DNA of 63,567 nucleotides, counting the filler, from Octopus bimaculoides (taxonomy: Eukaryota): the NCBI RefSeq assembly GCF_001194135.2. It is 8 parts of 6 records of this genome, joined end to end, with 100 filler letters (N's around TTAATTAATTAA, not from the genome) between each part and the next. Parts side by side here need not be neighbours in the genome. Positions count along the whole stretch, not along the records: positions 48,062 to 54,299 come from NW_026423347.1; positions 54,400 to 60,795 come from NC_068996.1; positions 60,896 to 63,567 come from NW_026345016.1; 5 more parts are not named here. One strand, written 5' to 3'. A program made the translations under genes and the position numbers. The stretch's first letter is position 1, and every line of letters begins with the position of its first letter. The notes beneath the pieces were generated by a model. It had not been told where the DNA came from. It was given only the letters and a program-made list of their open reading frames with translations, and ran no database searches. Shown one piece after another: positions 51,358 through 63,049 of this stretch.

Positions 51358-52580
51358 TTAATAATAGTAGCTGTACTCTATGAAGTACAACAAGAGTACT
51401 GCATGGGGGCTGATGGAAAAGTCACCAACAGCAACAACGACAGCAACAATAATCTTTTCTACTCTAGGCACAAGGCCCGAAATTTTGGGGGAGGGGGTCA
51501 GTCGATTAGGTCCATCCCCGGTACGCAACTGGTACTTAATTTCTCGACCCAGAAAGGATAAAAGGCAAAGTCGACCTCGGTGGAATTTGAACTCTGAACG
51601 TACGACTATAACGAAAATAACATAGAAACAGTTGTGGGCGACTGCAACGGTAATAATAATATTAATAATAATAGTAACATCAGCTGTGATAACGATCACA
51701 AGAAGAATAATAACCTTTTATGCGCAAGATCTGAATTTTTTGGCGGGGGTGGGGCGGTGCTAGTCGATTACATCAACCCCAGTGCGTAACTGGTACTCAA
51801 TTTATCGACCGCCCCGAAAGGATGAAAGGCAAAGTCGACCTCGGCGGAATTTGATCTCAGAATGTAGCGGCAGACGAAATACCGTTAAGCATTTCGCCCC
51901 GGCGTGCTAACGATTCTTATTTCTTTATTGCCCACGAGGGGCTAAACATAGAGGGGACAAACAAGGACAGAGAAAAGGATTAAGTCGATTACATCGACCC
52001 CAGTGCGTAACTGGTAATGATTTCGCCAGCTGGCCGCCTTAAGAAACACAATAGCAATAATCCGTTCTACTAAAGGCACATGGACTGACATTTGAAGGGA
52101 GGGGTCTGGTCGATTACCTCAACCGCAGTGCGTAACTGGTACTTAATTTATCGACCCCGAAAGGATGAAAGGCAAAATCGACCTCGGCGGAATTTGAACT
52201 CAAAACGCAGCGACAGACGAAATACCACTAAGCATTTTCGTCCGGCGCGCTAACGATTCTTATTTCTTTATTGCCCTCAAGGGGCTAAACATAGAGAGGA
52301 CAAACAAGGGATTAAGTCGATTACATCAACCCCAGTGCGTAACTGGTACTTAATTTATCGACCCCGAAANNNNNNNNNNTCTACTAAAGGCACATGGACT
52401 GACATTTGAAGGGAGGGGTCTGGTCGATTACCTCAACCGCAGTGCGTAACTGGTACTTAATTTATCGACCCCGAAAGGATGAAAGGCAAAGTCGACCTCG
52501 GCGGAATTTGAACTCGGAACGCAGCGACAGACGAAATACATTAAGCATTTCGCCCGGCGCGCTAACGATTCTGCCAGCAC
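51095..52580 (-). mobile_element. Cluster of co-oriented family A SINEs with nested insertions
   Basis: Copies at about 51095-51250, 51455-51602, 51730-52038, 52066-52369 and 52380-52580, all containing ATCGACCC.GAAAGGAT.AAAGGCAAAG.CGA.CTCGG.GGAATTTGAACTC. Confidence 0.9.
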
Positions 52581-52939
52581 GACGCTACAACGAACGATGA
52601 CATCGGAGCCTGCGTCACTGCAACAAATAACAACAATGACAGCAACAACATGAACCATAAGAAGAACTGTGTCCTCTGGCTGCAACTATAAGAAAAACAC
52701 AAGAAGCAGTGATTAGCAGCGGTTGTCGTTGTTGTTTAACCCTGAAATAAACCTGACCTGTGTGAGCAAACGAAACCAGAATCGAAGTTGCTCCAGACTG
52801 GTCAGGTTTGTCGCTCTTGTGAATAAACCCTTCACTTTGAATCTCTCACTCTGTCTCTCTCTCTCTCTCTCTCTATAACTAGTCTGTATACGTGCGTGCG
52901 TGATTTGAGGGACATTGGCTGTTATTTCTAACATGTTAC

Positions 52940-53700
52940 AGCGACAGGCAGGCACGTACGTGCATTTCTCGCCCTCGTTTGTAATCGACGTAGGGTGGCA
53001 GAGGCGGCGGCGGCACCTCCGTTAATCTTACAAGAACATTAGTAGTAGTAGTAATAGTAGTAGTAGTAGTGGTGGTAGTAGTAATGTAGTAATCAGCAGC
53101 TACAGTGTGAAATCGCTCCGCCGCCGTCGTCGCCGCCTCTGTCACTGCTGCTGCTGTTACTGCGCCTGCTACTGCTGCTGATTATTGCTTAGCGCTTGCG
53201 CGTATGATGATGGTAGTGGTGGTCGTAGTAGTAATGATGGTGGTGGTGGCGTGTTTTGGTGAGTTCTAATAACATAAAATGGCGGCGGCGGTGGTTGTGG
53301 TGGTGGTGGTGGGAGTAGCACTGTAATGAAGGGAAGTAGAAGTGATAGCAGCAGTCACAGTGTACGATGTGGTAGTTTGTGATGGTGGTGGTGGTGGTGG
53401 TAGTGGTAGTGCTGGTAGCGGAGGAGAAGTAAGAGAAAATAGAAGTAGGAGGAGTAGGAGTTTTGGTATCAGTGCCGTAGTGGTGGTGGTGGTAGTAGTA
53501 GAAGTAGTGACAGCAGCAGTTGCAATCGAAGCAGCAGCAGTAGTAGTACACGAGATAATAACGATGGTAGTAGTAGTGGTGGGGGAGGCGACGATGTTGG
53601 AATTAGTGTCGTAACAACAACAACAGCAGCAACAACAACAACAACAACACGGCTACACCAACCAACTAACCAGCCAGCCAACCAACCAACTAAGCGAGCT
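52940..53700. promoter_or_regulatory. CpG-rich low-complexity region, possible promoter or 5' UTR
   Basis: (GGC)n, (CCG)n, (GGT)n runs and AAAATGGCGGC (YY1-like) at 53276-53286; no convincing ORF. Confidence 0.3.
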
Positions 53701-54254
53701 TTTTAAAACCATTAGCGAAGACAAGAAAGTTAAGTGAAGAGCGAAAAGCAGGCACCGACTGTGTTTATATAGTTTGACGGTGCTGCATATATATATATAT
53801 GTAAACATACACTCGTAAACACTCGCGTATATATATATAAACATATAACTCTATATAGGTATTATATATTATACGCATAAACATATATATATATATATAT
53901 ATATATGACATATATTTATATATATACCTACACGTAATTTATATGTTTAAGAATACACTCTCAGACACACAAACGTAAGCACTTCCATCCATCCATCTAT
54001 CTATCTATCTATCTATTTATCTATCTACATACATACATATATGCAGTCATTAATGAATACATTTATATAAATACAATATATATATGCATACATTTCTTAT
54101 ATAAGTGCATGTACACACAAACATATATGTAAATACATAAACTTAATATATAATATATACTTATATATACATGTCTATAAATGCATATGTGTATATATAT
54201 ATAGTTATATAATAACTTTTGTGTCTCTTTGGAGAAATATATTCAAAAATACAA

Positions 54255-54299
<45 letters not shown>

Positions 54300-54544
54300 N
54301 NNNNNNNNNNNNNNNNNNNNNNNNNNNNNNNNNNNNNNNNNNNTTAATTAATTAANNNNNNNNNNNNNNNNNNNNNNNNNNNNNNNNNNNNNNNNNNNNT
54401 TCATGGTTAAGAGAATGAAAATTTCTCTATTCCAAATCTTCAGTCCGATATTCTGATAAATTTGAAAGTGTCTCTAAAAAAATTCACGGTAATTTTTGGC
54501 CATGCAACACCAAAGATCAACGATTCTTGTATATTTTATATATA

Positions 54545-54750
54545 TATATATATGTGTGTGTGTTTGTCCCCCTAGTATTGCTTGACAAACGATGCTGGTG
54601 TGTTTATGTCCCCGTCACTTAGCGGTTCAGCAAAAGATACCGGTAGAATAAGTACTAGGCTTATAAAGAATAAGTCCTGGGGTCGATTTTCTCGACTAAA
54701 GGTGGTGCTCCAGCATGGCTGCAGTCAAATGACTGAAACGAGTAAAAGAG
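54545..54750 (+). mobile_element. SINE family B, right half
   Basis: TTGCTTGACAAACGATGCTGGTGTGTTTATGTCCCGTCACTTAGCGGTTC..CCAGCATGGCTGCAGTCAAATGACTGAAAC. Confidence 0.85.
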
Positions 54751-55110
54751 ATAAACATTTATCAGGTTACAATTTCATTTCATTCACTCTGACTTTTCAA
54801 AACAATTTCTCACAAATGAGATAAAGTTAGTCAACTCAAATTAATTCATTCAAACTCAAATTGTACTCTGAATGAATTAATTCTGCACAGAAATTTATAG
54901 TTTAATTTGTTCTTTACTACAAAGTTTTAGAAGTTCCATGATCTTTCTCTACTGCATCATAAATTCTTCACAGAAGTTTTTGGACTATGATTAGCTAGTA
55001 TTATATTATTAATCTTTTGATATTTTTTTTTTAGTAGTAGTAGTAGTAGTAGTAGTAGTATAAAATTTGATTGTAAATAACTAAAAAAATTTTCTCTTTA
55101 TATTTTACAG

Positions 55111-55251
55111 GTCAAGAAAGAATTCAGGTCTTCTATGTTGACCTTAAGGTTACTTGCAAAATTTTTAGGCTTTATAACATTTCTGCCATATCAGTCTGTC
55201 AACAAACTTCCAGATGAAGTGCACTCTGCCTATGTGAATATAAGAAATAAA
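55111..55251 (+). CDS. CDAN1: Codanin-1 internal exon A (141 nt, phase 0-0): VKKEFRSSMLTLRLLAKFLGFITFLPYQSVNKLPDEVHSAYVNIRNK
   Basis: Acceptor ttttctctttatattttacag| and donor |gttagt. The peptide matches the codanin-1 motif I recall from the human protein (LSLRLLAKFLGFVAFLPY). Confidence 0.9.
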
Positions 55252-55379
55252 GTTAGTATTCAAAGATTATTGAACACACACAACACACGCATATATATGA
55301 TTAATATTGTAGTTAGAATTAATGGAAATGATTCCAAATTTGTTTTTGTTTTTTTCTAAAACAACATTTATGCATAGGT

Positions 55380-55710
55380 CGTTGCCAGTGCCACCTGACT
55401 GGCTCCTCATGCCGGTGGCACGTACCATCCGAACGTGGTCAATGCCTGCCAGATATCCCCCTTCCCTGACTGGCTCCTGTGCCGGTAGCATCCAAACATG
55501 GCCGATGCCAGTGCTGCCTAACTGGCACCCGTGCCGGTGGCATGTAAGAAGCACCCACTACACTCTCAGAGTGGTTGGTGTTAGGAAGGGCATCCAGCTG
55601 TAGAAACATTGCCAGATCAGAATGGAGCCTGGTGCAGCCTCCTGGCTTGCTAGTCCCCAGTCAAACCGTCCAACCCATGCCAGCATGGAAAACAGACACT
55701 AAACGATGAC
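55380..55710 (+). mobile_element. RTE 3' UTR-derived fragment in CDAN1 intron; related pieces at 56420-56620 (-) and 57700-57850 (-)
   Basis: Shares GGAAGGGCATCCAGC and CCAACCCATGCCAGCATGGAAAA..AAACGATGA with the 3' end of the RTE at 16682-16773. Confidence 0.75.
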
Positions 55711-56784
55711 AATCAAGAATATTGTCATCGTTTCTTTAAAGGAGTGGTGGGTCATCTTATGAAGACCAGCTTTCTAATTTCTTATGTTACTGCTTCTGAT
55801 GTTACTTTTCTAGTTACTTCCTTATATACTTTTGTATTCTATTGTTAAATACAGTTATTCCACATCACTCCAAAAGGAACAAGGGGTGAGTTTTCCAGCT
55901 TCTCTGGCGTATATATTCCTCCCTGGACAGGACACCAGTCTGTTGCAGGATTGCTCATTTTTGCCAGCTGAGCGTACAGGAACAACATGAAATGAAGTGT
56001 TTTTCTTGAGAACACAATGCATCGCCCAGTCCAGGAATTGAAACCAAAATGTTACGATCATGAGTCCAATGTCCTAACTACTAAGCCATGTGCCTCTGCA
56101 TAGTTTAGTTTCCATTACAATTTACAATTGGAATTTTACATAAGCTTTTCCATTTCATTTGATTCCTTACCTGATTTTATTATTTTTCTGTCTTGAAAAA
56201 TAATTTAGCACTTGGTTTTGTTGAGAAGTTTTAATGTAAAAATGCAAAAGAATTTAATTTAAATCTGAAGTAGTTCTAATTCTTGAAAGAAGGAAAAAAA
56301 GATCAGGACATTCATTTATAATTGAAGAATTTTTTCAGAAATGATGTTCATCTCCCATTGATTTCAGAGACGGTGTTTTACTAAAGCACTACTTGATTGT
56401 GTGTTTAGACATCCAACATCATCATCGTCATCATTTATTGTCTGTTTTCCATGCTGGCATGGGTTGGATGATTTGACAGGGGCTGGCAAGGCTGGAGAGC
56501 TGTCTGTTTTGGAATGGTTTCTACTGCTGGATGCCCTTTCTAACACCAACCACTTTATAGAGTGCACTCGGTGCTTTTACGCAGCACCAGCATGGGTGCT
56601 TTTTACATGGCACCTGCACCCACAAGCCCACAAAATAAAGGATTGCTTAGCTGAAGAGGGATGCAGGGAACATGGCTGTATGCCAGGACAAACATTTATC
56701 CTAAAAAATATACAAATTGTTCATTTCTAAACCATTCTATTTTGAATCTAAATACATGTTTTACTATGTTTATTTTAATTGTAG

Positions 56785-56951
56785 AGTGTTCCTTCCTGTA
56801 ATATTCTGAATTATTTGAAAGAAGCATCTACAAGAGGCCGCCTGTGCTTAACCATTCCATGGGTTGTAGAATTTTTGAGTTGGATTGATAAATTGTCACC
56901 CTTACTTGATTATTATCAGGAAATAATTCATGAACTGCTCTACATTCATCG
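56785..56951 (+). CDS. CDAN1: Codanin-1 internal exon B (167 nt, phase 0-2): SVPSCNILNYLKEASTRGRLCLTIPWVVEFLSWIDKLSPLLDYYQEIIHELLYIH(R)
   Basis: Acceptor tttattttaattgtag| and donor CG|gtatgt. Resembles recalled human [36 protein letters not shown] and is in frame with exon A. Confidence 0.92.
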
Positions 56952-57620
56952 GTATGTTATAATGAAATTTATTGAAGAAACTTTTGTGAAAATCTTATTT
57001 CAAATTTATGTAACTAAGTCTTTTGTAGTAATCATTAAATTAATGGTAGCTTTTCATTCTTATTTGAAAAATTGTTTTTATTACTTAGTTATATGGGTGG
57101 TACCCATGGCTCATGCTAGTTGTCTTAGACTGGTGAGGTTGCAGTTTTGATTGATTCAAACTTCTGTAGATTGTTACCCATGCGGGGTGGAAAAAGCGTA
57201 GGGAAGGAGTGAAACCCATTGGGTTATAGTTCTGGGAAATATTAAATGATGTACCTACTGTTGGGTTTGGTGGTTGAGGGGAAGTAGGGACTATAGTAGA
57301 GATGTAGAACATCAGCTGAAGGCAGTTTGAGGAAAAACTATTATAGCAAAGCAGTAGAAGAAAAAAAAACAAAACAAAACAATGGAAACAACATCTGTGT
57401 GGTGGTGAACAAATCTGCCAATCAACCAGAAATATGTATAGAAATGGCATCAAGCCAGATGTAGATTGCATGTATGCTTTGTAGAAGGTCAGCTGTTGAT
57501 TGGGGCTTATATATTTTCTAAGCCTGAAGCAGGAGCTTTTGGGAAGTAACTTTGGCAATGTGTTAGATGTCTGATAGTTTGTAGCAACTTGGTTCATTTT
57601 AATTGAGTGTTTTATGTATT

Positions 57621-57687
<67 letters not shown>

Positions 57688-58637
57688 TTGTGGCATTTCA
57701 TCATCATCATCATCATTTGGTGTCTGCTTTCCATGTTGGCAAGGGTTAGACTGCTTGCCTGAACCTTGTTAGCTGAAGAACTGCACCAGACTCCATTTAC
57801 TCCATTTGGCATGGTTTCTATGGCTGGGTGCCCTTCCTAATGCCAGCATATATGATATATGCAGTAATTGTATTTTGGTAGTATAGAATGACACAGGTAA
57901 TCATGTCCTCATCAGAGAATGTTTGTGCAGTCCCTGTTCAAAGAAGAAGCACGTCTGGTAGAAGGTGTTCTAGATAGGATGCAGATGACACATGTGTATT
58001 GAGGGAGATGCAGAAAGATAAGGAAAGTATCAAATGTATGGAATTGTGGTGTATTGCTAGGAGTGAGAAGGAAAGAGTAATTTATGTATGAAATAGATTG
58101 TGTGGTAGAAAATGTCAAACCCTGGAATGCAATGAAATTGACAGATTTATGATATAGAGAGGGCACTTTTCATGCAGATTGCCATGGAGTAATTTACTTA
58201 GAAGATTCTCAAACAACTTTCCTGTTGTCAAAGGCAACAACATTGCATTGCTGAAATCTTCCAGAATCTACTAATGTGTAACATTGAAAGGAAAATTGCC
58301 AGTAGATGTAACTCTATGAAAATTTGTCCCTGAGAAAAGAGAAAGATTCTCAAGGTATTAAAGAAAGTATGTCTTCGTTACCTTTTGGATGTTAGGACAT
58401 TAAGCTGCTTTACTTACCAGTTAGAAAATGCATATACATCACAATTTTCAATTGTTCTTCTCATTTAATTCTAAAACTACATCTTATCATGAAACAGTAA
58501 TGAAAAATTCTTTTTATTAAATGTGAAATTCTGTTTTTTTTTTCGATGACTATTCTAATTTATCTGTAGGAACTTGTTTCAACTTTGCGTTGCCCTTTTC
58601 TATATTTATCATCAAACTAAGATTTTCTCTTACACAG

Positions 58638-58719
58638 GAAATCTTGGTACAATTTGAAAGCGAAAATATGTCTTGAAACTCAATTATTTATTATTATTCA
58701 GATTGAATGGCTTTTAGGG
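58638..58719 (+). CDS. CDAN1: Codanin-1 internal exon C (82 nt, phase 2-0): (R)KSWYNLKAKICLETQLFIIIQIEWLLG
   Basis: Acceptor ttttctcttacacag| and donor GGG|gtgagt. The leading G completes CG+G = Arg from exon B. Resembles recalled human KMCFLNKLLLLAVLGWLFQ. Confidence 0.85.
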
Positions 58720-58779
58720 GTGAGTATATTTTAGTCATTGCTTTCATTGCCTTCAAAGGCTTAATCAATTGTATTGACC

Positions 58780-58980
58780 CCAGGCATAGGAATACCTGTG
58801 TGGTTAACAAGTTTCACTCACCAATCATGTTGCTTTAGGTCTGGTTCCACTGTGTAGCATATTGGGCAAGTATCTTTGCCAGCCAAGGTTTTGTGAGTAC
58901 ATGTAGTTGAGAGGAACTGAAAGATGTGTGTCTGTCTGTCTGTCTGTCTGTCCTTGTCTCAACATTGTGCAGTAGTTGTG
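58780..58980 (+). mobile_element. SINE family B, degenerate left half
   Basis: GTGTGGTTAACAAG..GGTTCCACTGTGTAGCATATTGGGCAAG..TTTTGTGAGT. Confidence 0.6.
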
Positions 58981-59489
58981 GTGGGCAGGTCTTTTACACT
59001 CCATTTTTTTCATTTTTGACATAGTTGTACTGCTGGATGCTCTTACTAGGAATTACTGCCATCCTGCAGGGGTCGGGGAAGACAATGTTCATAGTATTTT
59101 TAGGTGCTGGCCATGAGAGTGTCTCCATGATGTGGACAGTTGGTGTGCAGTGGTAGTTAATAGCGATTTATCTCATACGGTTTAACTTACCATCAATCAT
59201 AAAACAATAGCAGAAAACTTGTCTTAAACTAATGATAACTGAGCAGGTATACCAACTGTCAGACTGTGTAAACTTGAAGAATACTTCATTCTTTACCCAA
59301 AGATTCAGATCAGAGGGGAAAATGGCTATGGGAACCATCAACACTAACCTGACAAAACTGTTGAATATGGCTATACTTATATAAGAAGGGAGCAAGTTAC
59401 GATAGCCTGAGGTTCATTGCCTCAGATTACTACTCATGTGATTTGTTTGTTATGTGTGTGTGTGTTATATCATACATGTGTGACAGAGT

Positions 59490-59990
59490 GCTAGTGTATT
59501 GAGAGAAAAGTTAGGCATAAGAGGAATTAGATGCATTGTGCAAGAGAGAAACTCGGGAAGACATGGGACAAGGTATTAAGGGCCAATCTCAAGACACTGA
59601 CCCTTACAAAGGAAATGATAAAGGATTGAGATATATTGCACATTGCTTTACTCAAAAAGACCTACCCACCACAACAGAGTTGATACCTTAAAACAATCTT
59701 GGTAATGCCTGTCCATGAGGGGCTCTGCCCCATCAAACTTCTCCCTGTACCCATATTTGATCCCCTAACATCCAAACAGCACGGGTGCTGGTGACATGTA
59801 AAAAACATGGATGATGGTGCCATGTAAAAAGCACCGACTACACACTTTGTAAAGTGTGTAAAGGCATTCAGCCATAGAAACAAAGCCTAAACGGACTCTG
59901 GAACCTGCCATGGCTCCTGGCCTTGCTAGCTCCTGTAAAACAATCCAGCCCATGCCAGCATGGAAAATGGACATCAAATGATGATGATGA
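59490..59990 (+). mobile_element. Degenerate RTE 3' fragment
   Basis: REKLGIRGIRCIVQER..KTWDKVLRANLKTLTLTKEM then the family 3' UTR ending GGACATCAAATGATGATGATGA. Confidence 0.75.
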
Positions 59991-60499
59991 TATATATGTA
60001 TATATTTTCTCTTCACCAAATTTCACTTACGTGGCATTGGTCTACTTGATGCTACGTTGCAATAGGATCACAACCAGGAGCGTGTGGCTGCAAGGAGAAT
60101 CTCTTCATCACATTGCTTTGCCTCGACACAGAACATTCGAACCCTGATAAAACAAATTTGCTTCTGTGTTTTTTGTATTTTACCTCTTTTTTTGTTTTTC
60201 AATTGTGTCATGTAAGGAACTTACTCATTGTAATTAATATTTGTTGCTTAAAATATTTTGTGAATTGTATGGTAATTCTCTATGAAATATGCCATTTTCA
60301 GATTATGAAATGTTATTGCTAAACAATTAATCTTTCTTTAAGCTAGAATTGATTTTTAAAAACTGAGAGAACAAGAAATAATGAGGGTAAAAAAAAAAGA
60401 AAACAACTGTTAGAACAGGATTTTCATTCAGTATAGAATGTGATCCACTTTAAATCTCATTTTGTTGTCAATCATAGTATAGTCTATTTTCCTTTATAA

Positions 60500-60795
60500 T
60501 TGCTTAATAAAGAGAATGAATGGGAGAAAGAGAGCCTGCCGTATGTCGACCCAACAGAGGGACCAGCTATCCGAGTTGACAGTACCAGGGTAGATAAAGC
60601 AATTAAGAGTATGAAGACAGGGAAAGCCCCCGGCCCATCAGGAATCACTGCAGAGATGCTCAAAATATCTGGCAGTGTTGGCTACAGCCTAGTCACCCGT
60701 ATTACGAACCAGGTGATACACGAAGGAGTCATACCCAATGACTGGTGTAGCAGCACCATAGTAAACTGCTACAAAGGTAAAGGTGATGCTTTAGA
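60500..60795 (+). mobile_element. RTE-clade RT N-terminal fragment
   Basis: LNKENEWE..AIKSMKTGKAPGPSGITAEMLK..IPNDW..STIV..YKGKGDAL; open until the spacer. Confidence 0.88.
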
Positions 60796-61199
60796 NNNNN
60801 NNNNNNNNNNNNNNNNNNNNNNNNNNNNNNNNNNNNNNNTTAATTAATTAANNNNNNNNNNNNNNNNNNNNNNNNNNNNNNNNNNNNNNNNNNNNATTAA
60901 AGAACTCAATTTAGTCTCAATTTATTTCAATCACGGTGAATTTTGAAACTTTAAAAAAAAGCCACAAAGAATCTTTAACTCATTGGAATGTATTTACGCA
61001 AACCAATGAATCATAGTGAATTTAGGGTTTTTAAAAATGATTCCTATTTGGACAGAGGTGTGGTTGTGTGGTTAAGGAGTTTGCTTCCCAGCCACATGGT
61101 CCCGGGTTCAGTCTCACTGTGTGGCACCTTCGGCAACATAAACAGACGCACACACATACACAAACATATATATATTGAATCAACGGTTCTGTTTAAACA

Positions 61200-61705
61200 G
61201 AACCCTTGATTCAATAACACTGTATAAACTCTTTATTTGGAATGACCAATTTCAAAGACTGTTGGATTTTACTCATAGGATATTGGAATCCTAATAATGG
61301 ATTTAGAAAGGCAACGACCAATCTTAAAAACAATTGGATTTTACCCTCAAGGTATTGGAATCTTATATGTTTACCATTCTGCCTAAACAATGGATTTACA
61401 AATACAATATCCCTACATTCACTCTCTATTTCCTATCTTAACTAACCCAACTATTGCTTAACCATCCTCTCACACCGTCTCCGATGAAGGGATATAATAA
61501 ATATCCTGGAAACAACTGTAAGACCTTCTATTTATAAATGTTCTATATTATACACAGCCTTGGTCTTTTACCTCATTACGAAAAGTAAATCCTTATATTC
61601 ACACGCTGATGTATGACCTACGTTGGACCCCTTATTCACATAATCACCGAACCTGGAGCTTAACTGTGGTCTATCCATAGCATTTACTCAGCATTACCTG
61701 AAACC
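61200..61705 (+). mobile_element. Probable PLE pseudo-LTR region with degenerate hammerhead at 61477-61524
   Basis: GTCT-CCGATGA-AGGGATATAATAAATATCCTG-GAAAC-AACT-GTA-AGAC; U4 is C and stem III deviates by one base from the palindrome ACAGCTGT. Confidence 0.55.
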
Positions 61706-63049
61706 NNNNNNNNNNNNNNNNNNNNNNNNNNNNNNNNNNNNNNNNNNNNNNNNNNNNNNNNNNNNNNNNNNNNNNNNNNNNNNNNNNNNNNNNNNNNNNN
61801 NNNNNNNNNNNNNNNNNNNNNNNNNNNNNNNNNNNNNNNNNNNNNNNNNNNNNNNNNNNNNNNNNNNNNNNNNNNNNNNNNNNNNNNNNNNNNNNNNNNN
61901 NNNNNNNNNNNNNNNNNNNNNNNNNNNNNNNNNNNNNNNNNNNNNNNNNNNNNNNNNNNNNNNNNNNNNNNNNNNNNNNNNNNNNNNNNNNNNNNNNNNN
62001 NNNNNNNNNNNNNNNNNNNNNNNNNNNNNNNNNNNNNNNNNNNNNNNNNNNNNNNNNNNNNNNNNNNNNNNNNNNNNNNNNNNNNNNNNNNNNNNNNNNN
62101 NNNNNNNNNNNNNNNNNNNNNNNNNNNNNNNNNNNNNNNNNNNNNNNNNNNNNNNNNNNNNNNNNNNNNNNNNNNNNNNNNNNNNNNNNNNNNNNNNNNN
62201 NNNNNNNNNNNNNNNNNNNNNNNNNNNNNNNNNNNNNNNNNNNNNNNNNNNNNNNNNNNNNNNNNNNNNNNNNNNNNNNNNNNNNNNNNNNNNNNNNNNN
62301 NAAAAAAATTAAGCTTCATATTTCTGTAGGAGCCGTTGATCTCAACTGTTTTCTTTTCTAAACATGTAGTAACTTTTTTTATTATTTCATAACCACTTAT
62401 CATGTCTTTCCCAATTAAAAAAAAAACAAAACAGAAAACGCAACTTTTCGATCAGCTTTGTCGTTGTCGGTATTCGGTTGCTCTATTATGATTTTGATAT
62501 GTACTCAGTCTGGGATTGAACCAATGAAAGCTTAGTTTATTGTATAATTTCACTCTCCTTATCCGCAAGGTTTACATTTTTTCCAATAAATGTAAATAAC
62601 GTTAAAGTAACAAAAAACGGAAAATACCAAAAACGAAACAAATCAAAAGCACATTCTTTGCACCAGTCAATTTCAGTAATTTTCCTTAAATTTTCTACCA
62701 GTCAATTACTCATCCAAAATCTTTCTAGCTCAAGGTGTTCCTACCTTACAAGTTTCTTTCCCGTCTATAAATTTTCCTCTTCAAAAGTATTCATATTTCC
62801 AGATGTGGGAACAGCTATGGTTAGTTAGTGGCTCCAACTGAAACATTAAATAAATACAAAGTTATTTCAGAATATAAACTTAATTCAAAGATAAAAACAA
62901 TAGATAGAAACAATAGAGGCCCTCGTTCTGGAGTTCCATGATGTTGAGGAGTGGGGAACTATCTTTTAACCACTACTATTCCTAAGTCTACTCTGACCCA
63001 GAATATTAGCAACTGTCAGGGTCCCAGCTATGGGTTAACTGGCACATGT

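Noticed and set aside
54444-54488. 45-nt AG/GT-bounded segment (SDILINLKVSLKKFT) phase-compatible with CDAN1 exon A
   Set aside because: No convincing similarity to the codanin-1 sequence expected upstream; needs RNA-seq.
60062-60230. Open frame DHNQERVAARRISS... as a possible next CDAN1 exon
   Set aside because: No match to the expected VPEDLF or CCPY motifs; the minus strand looks more like a mariner C-terminal remnant.
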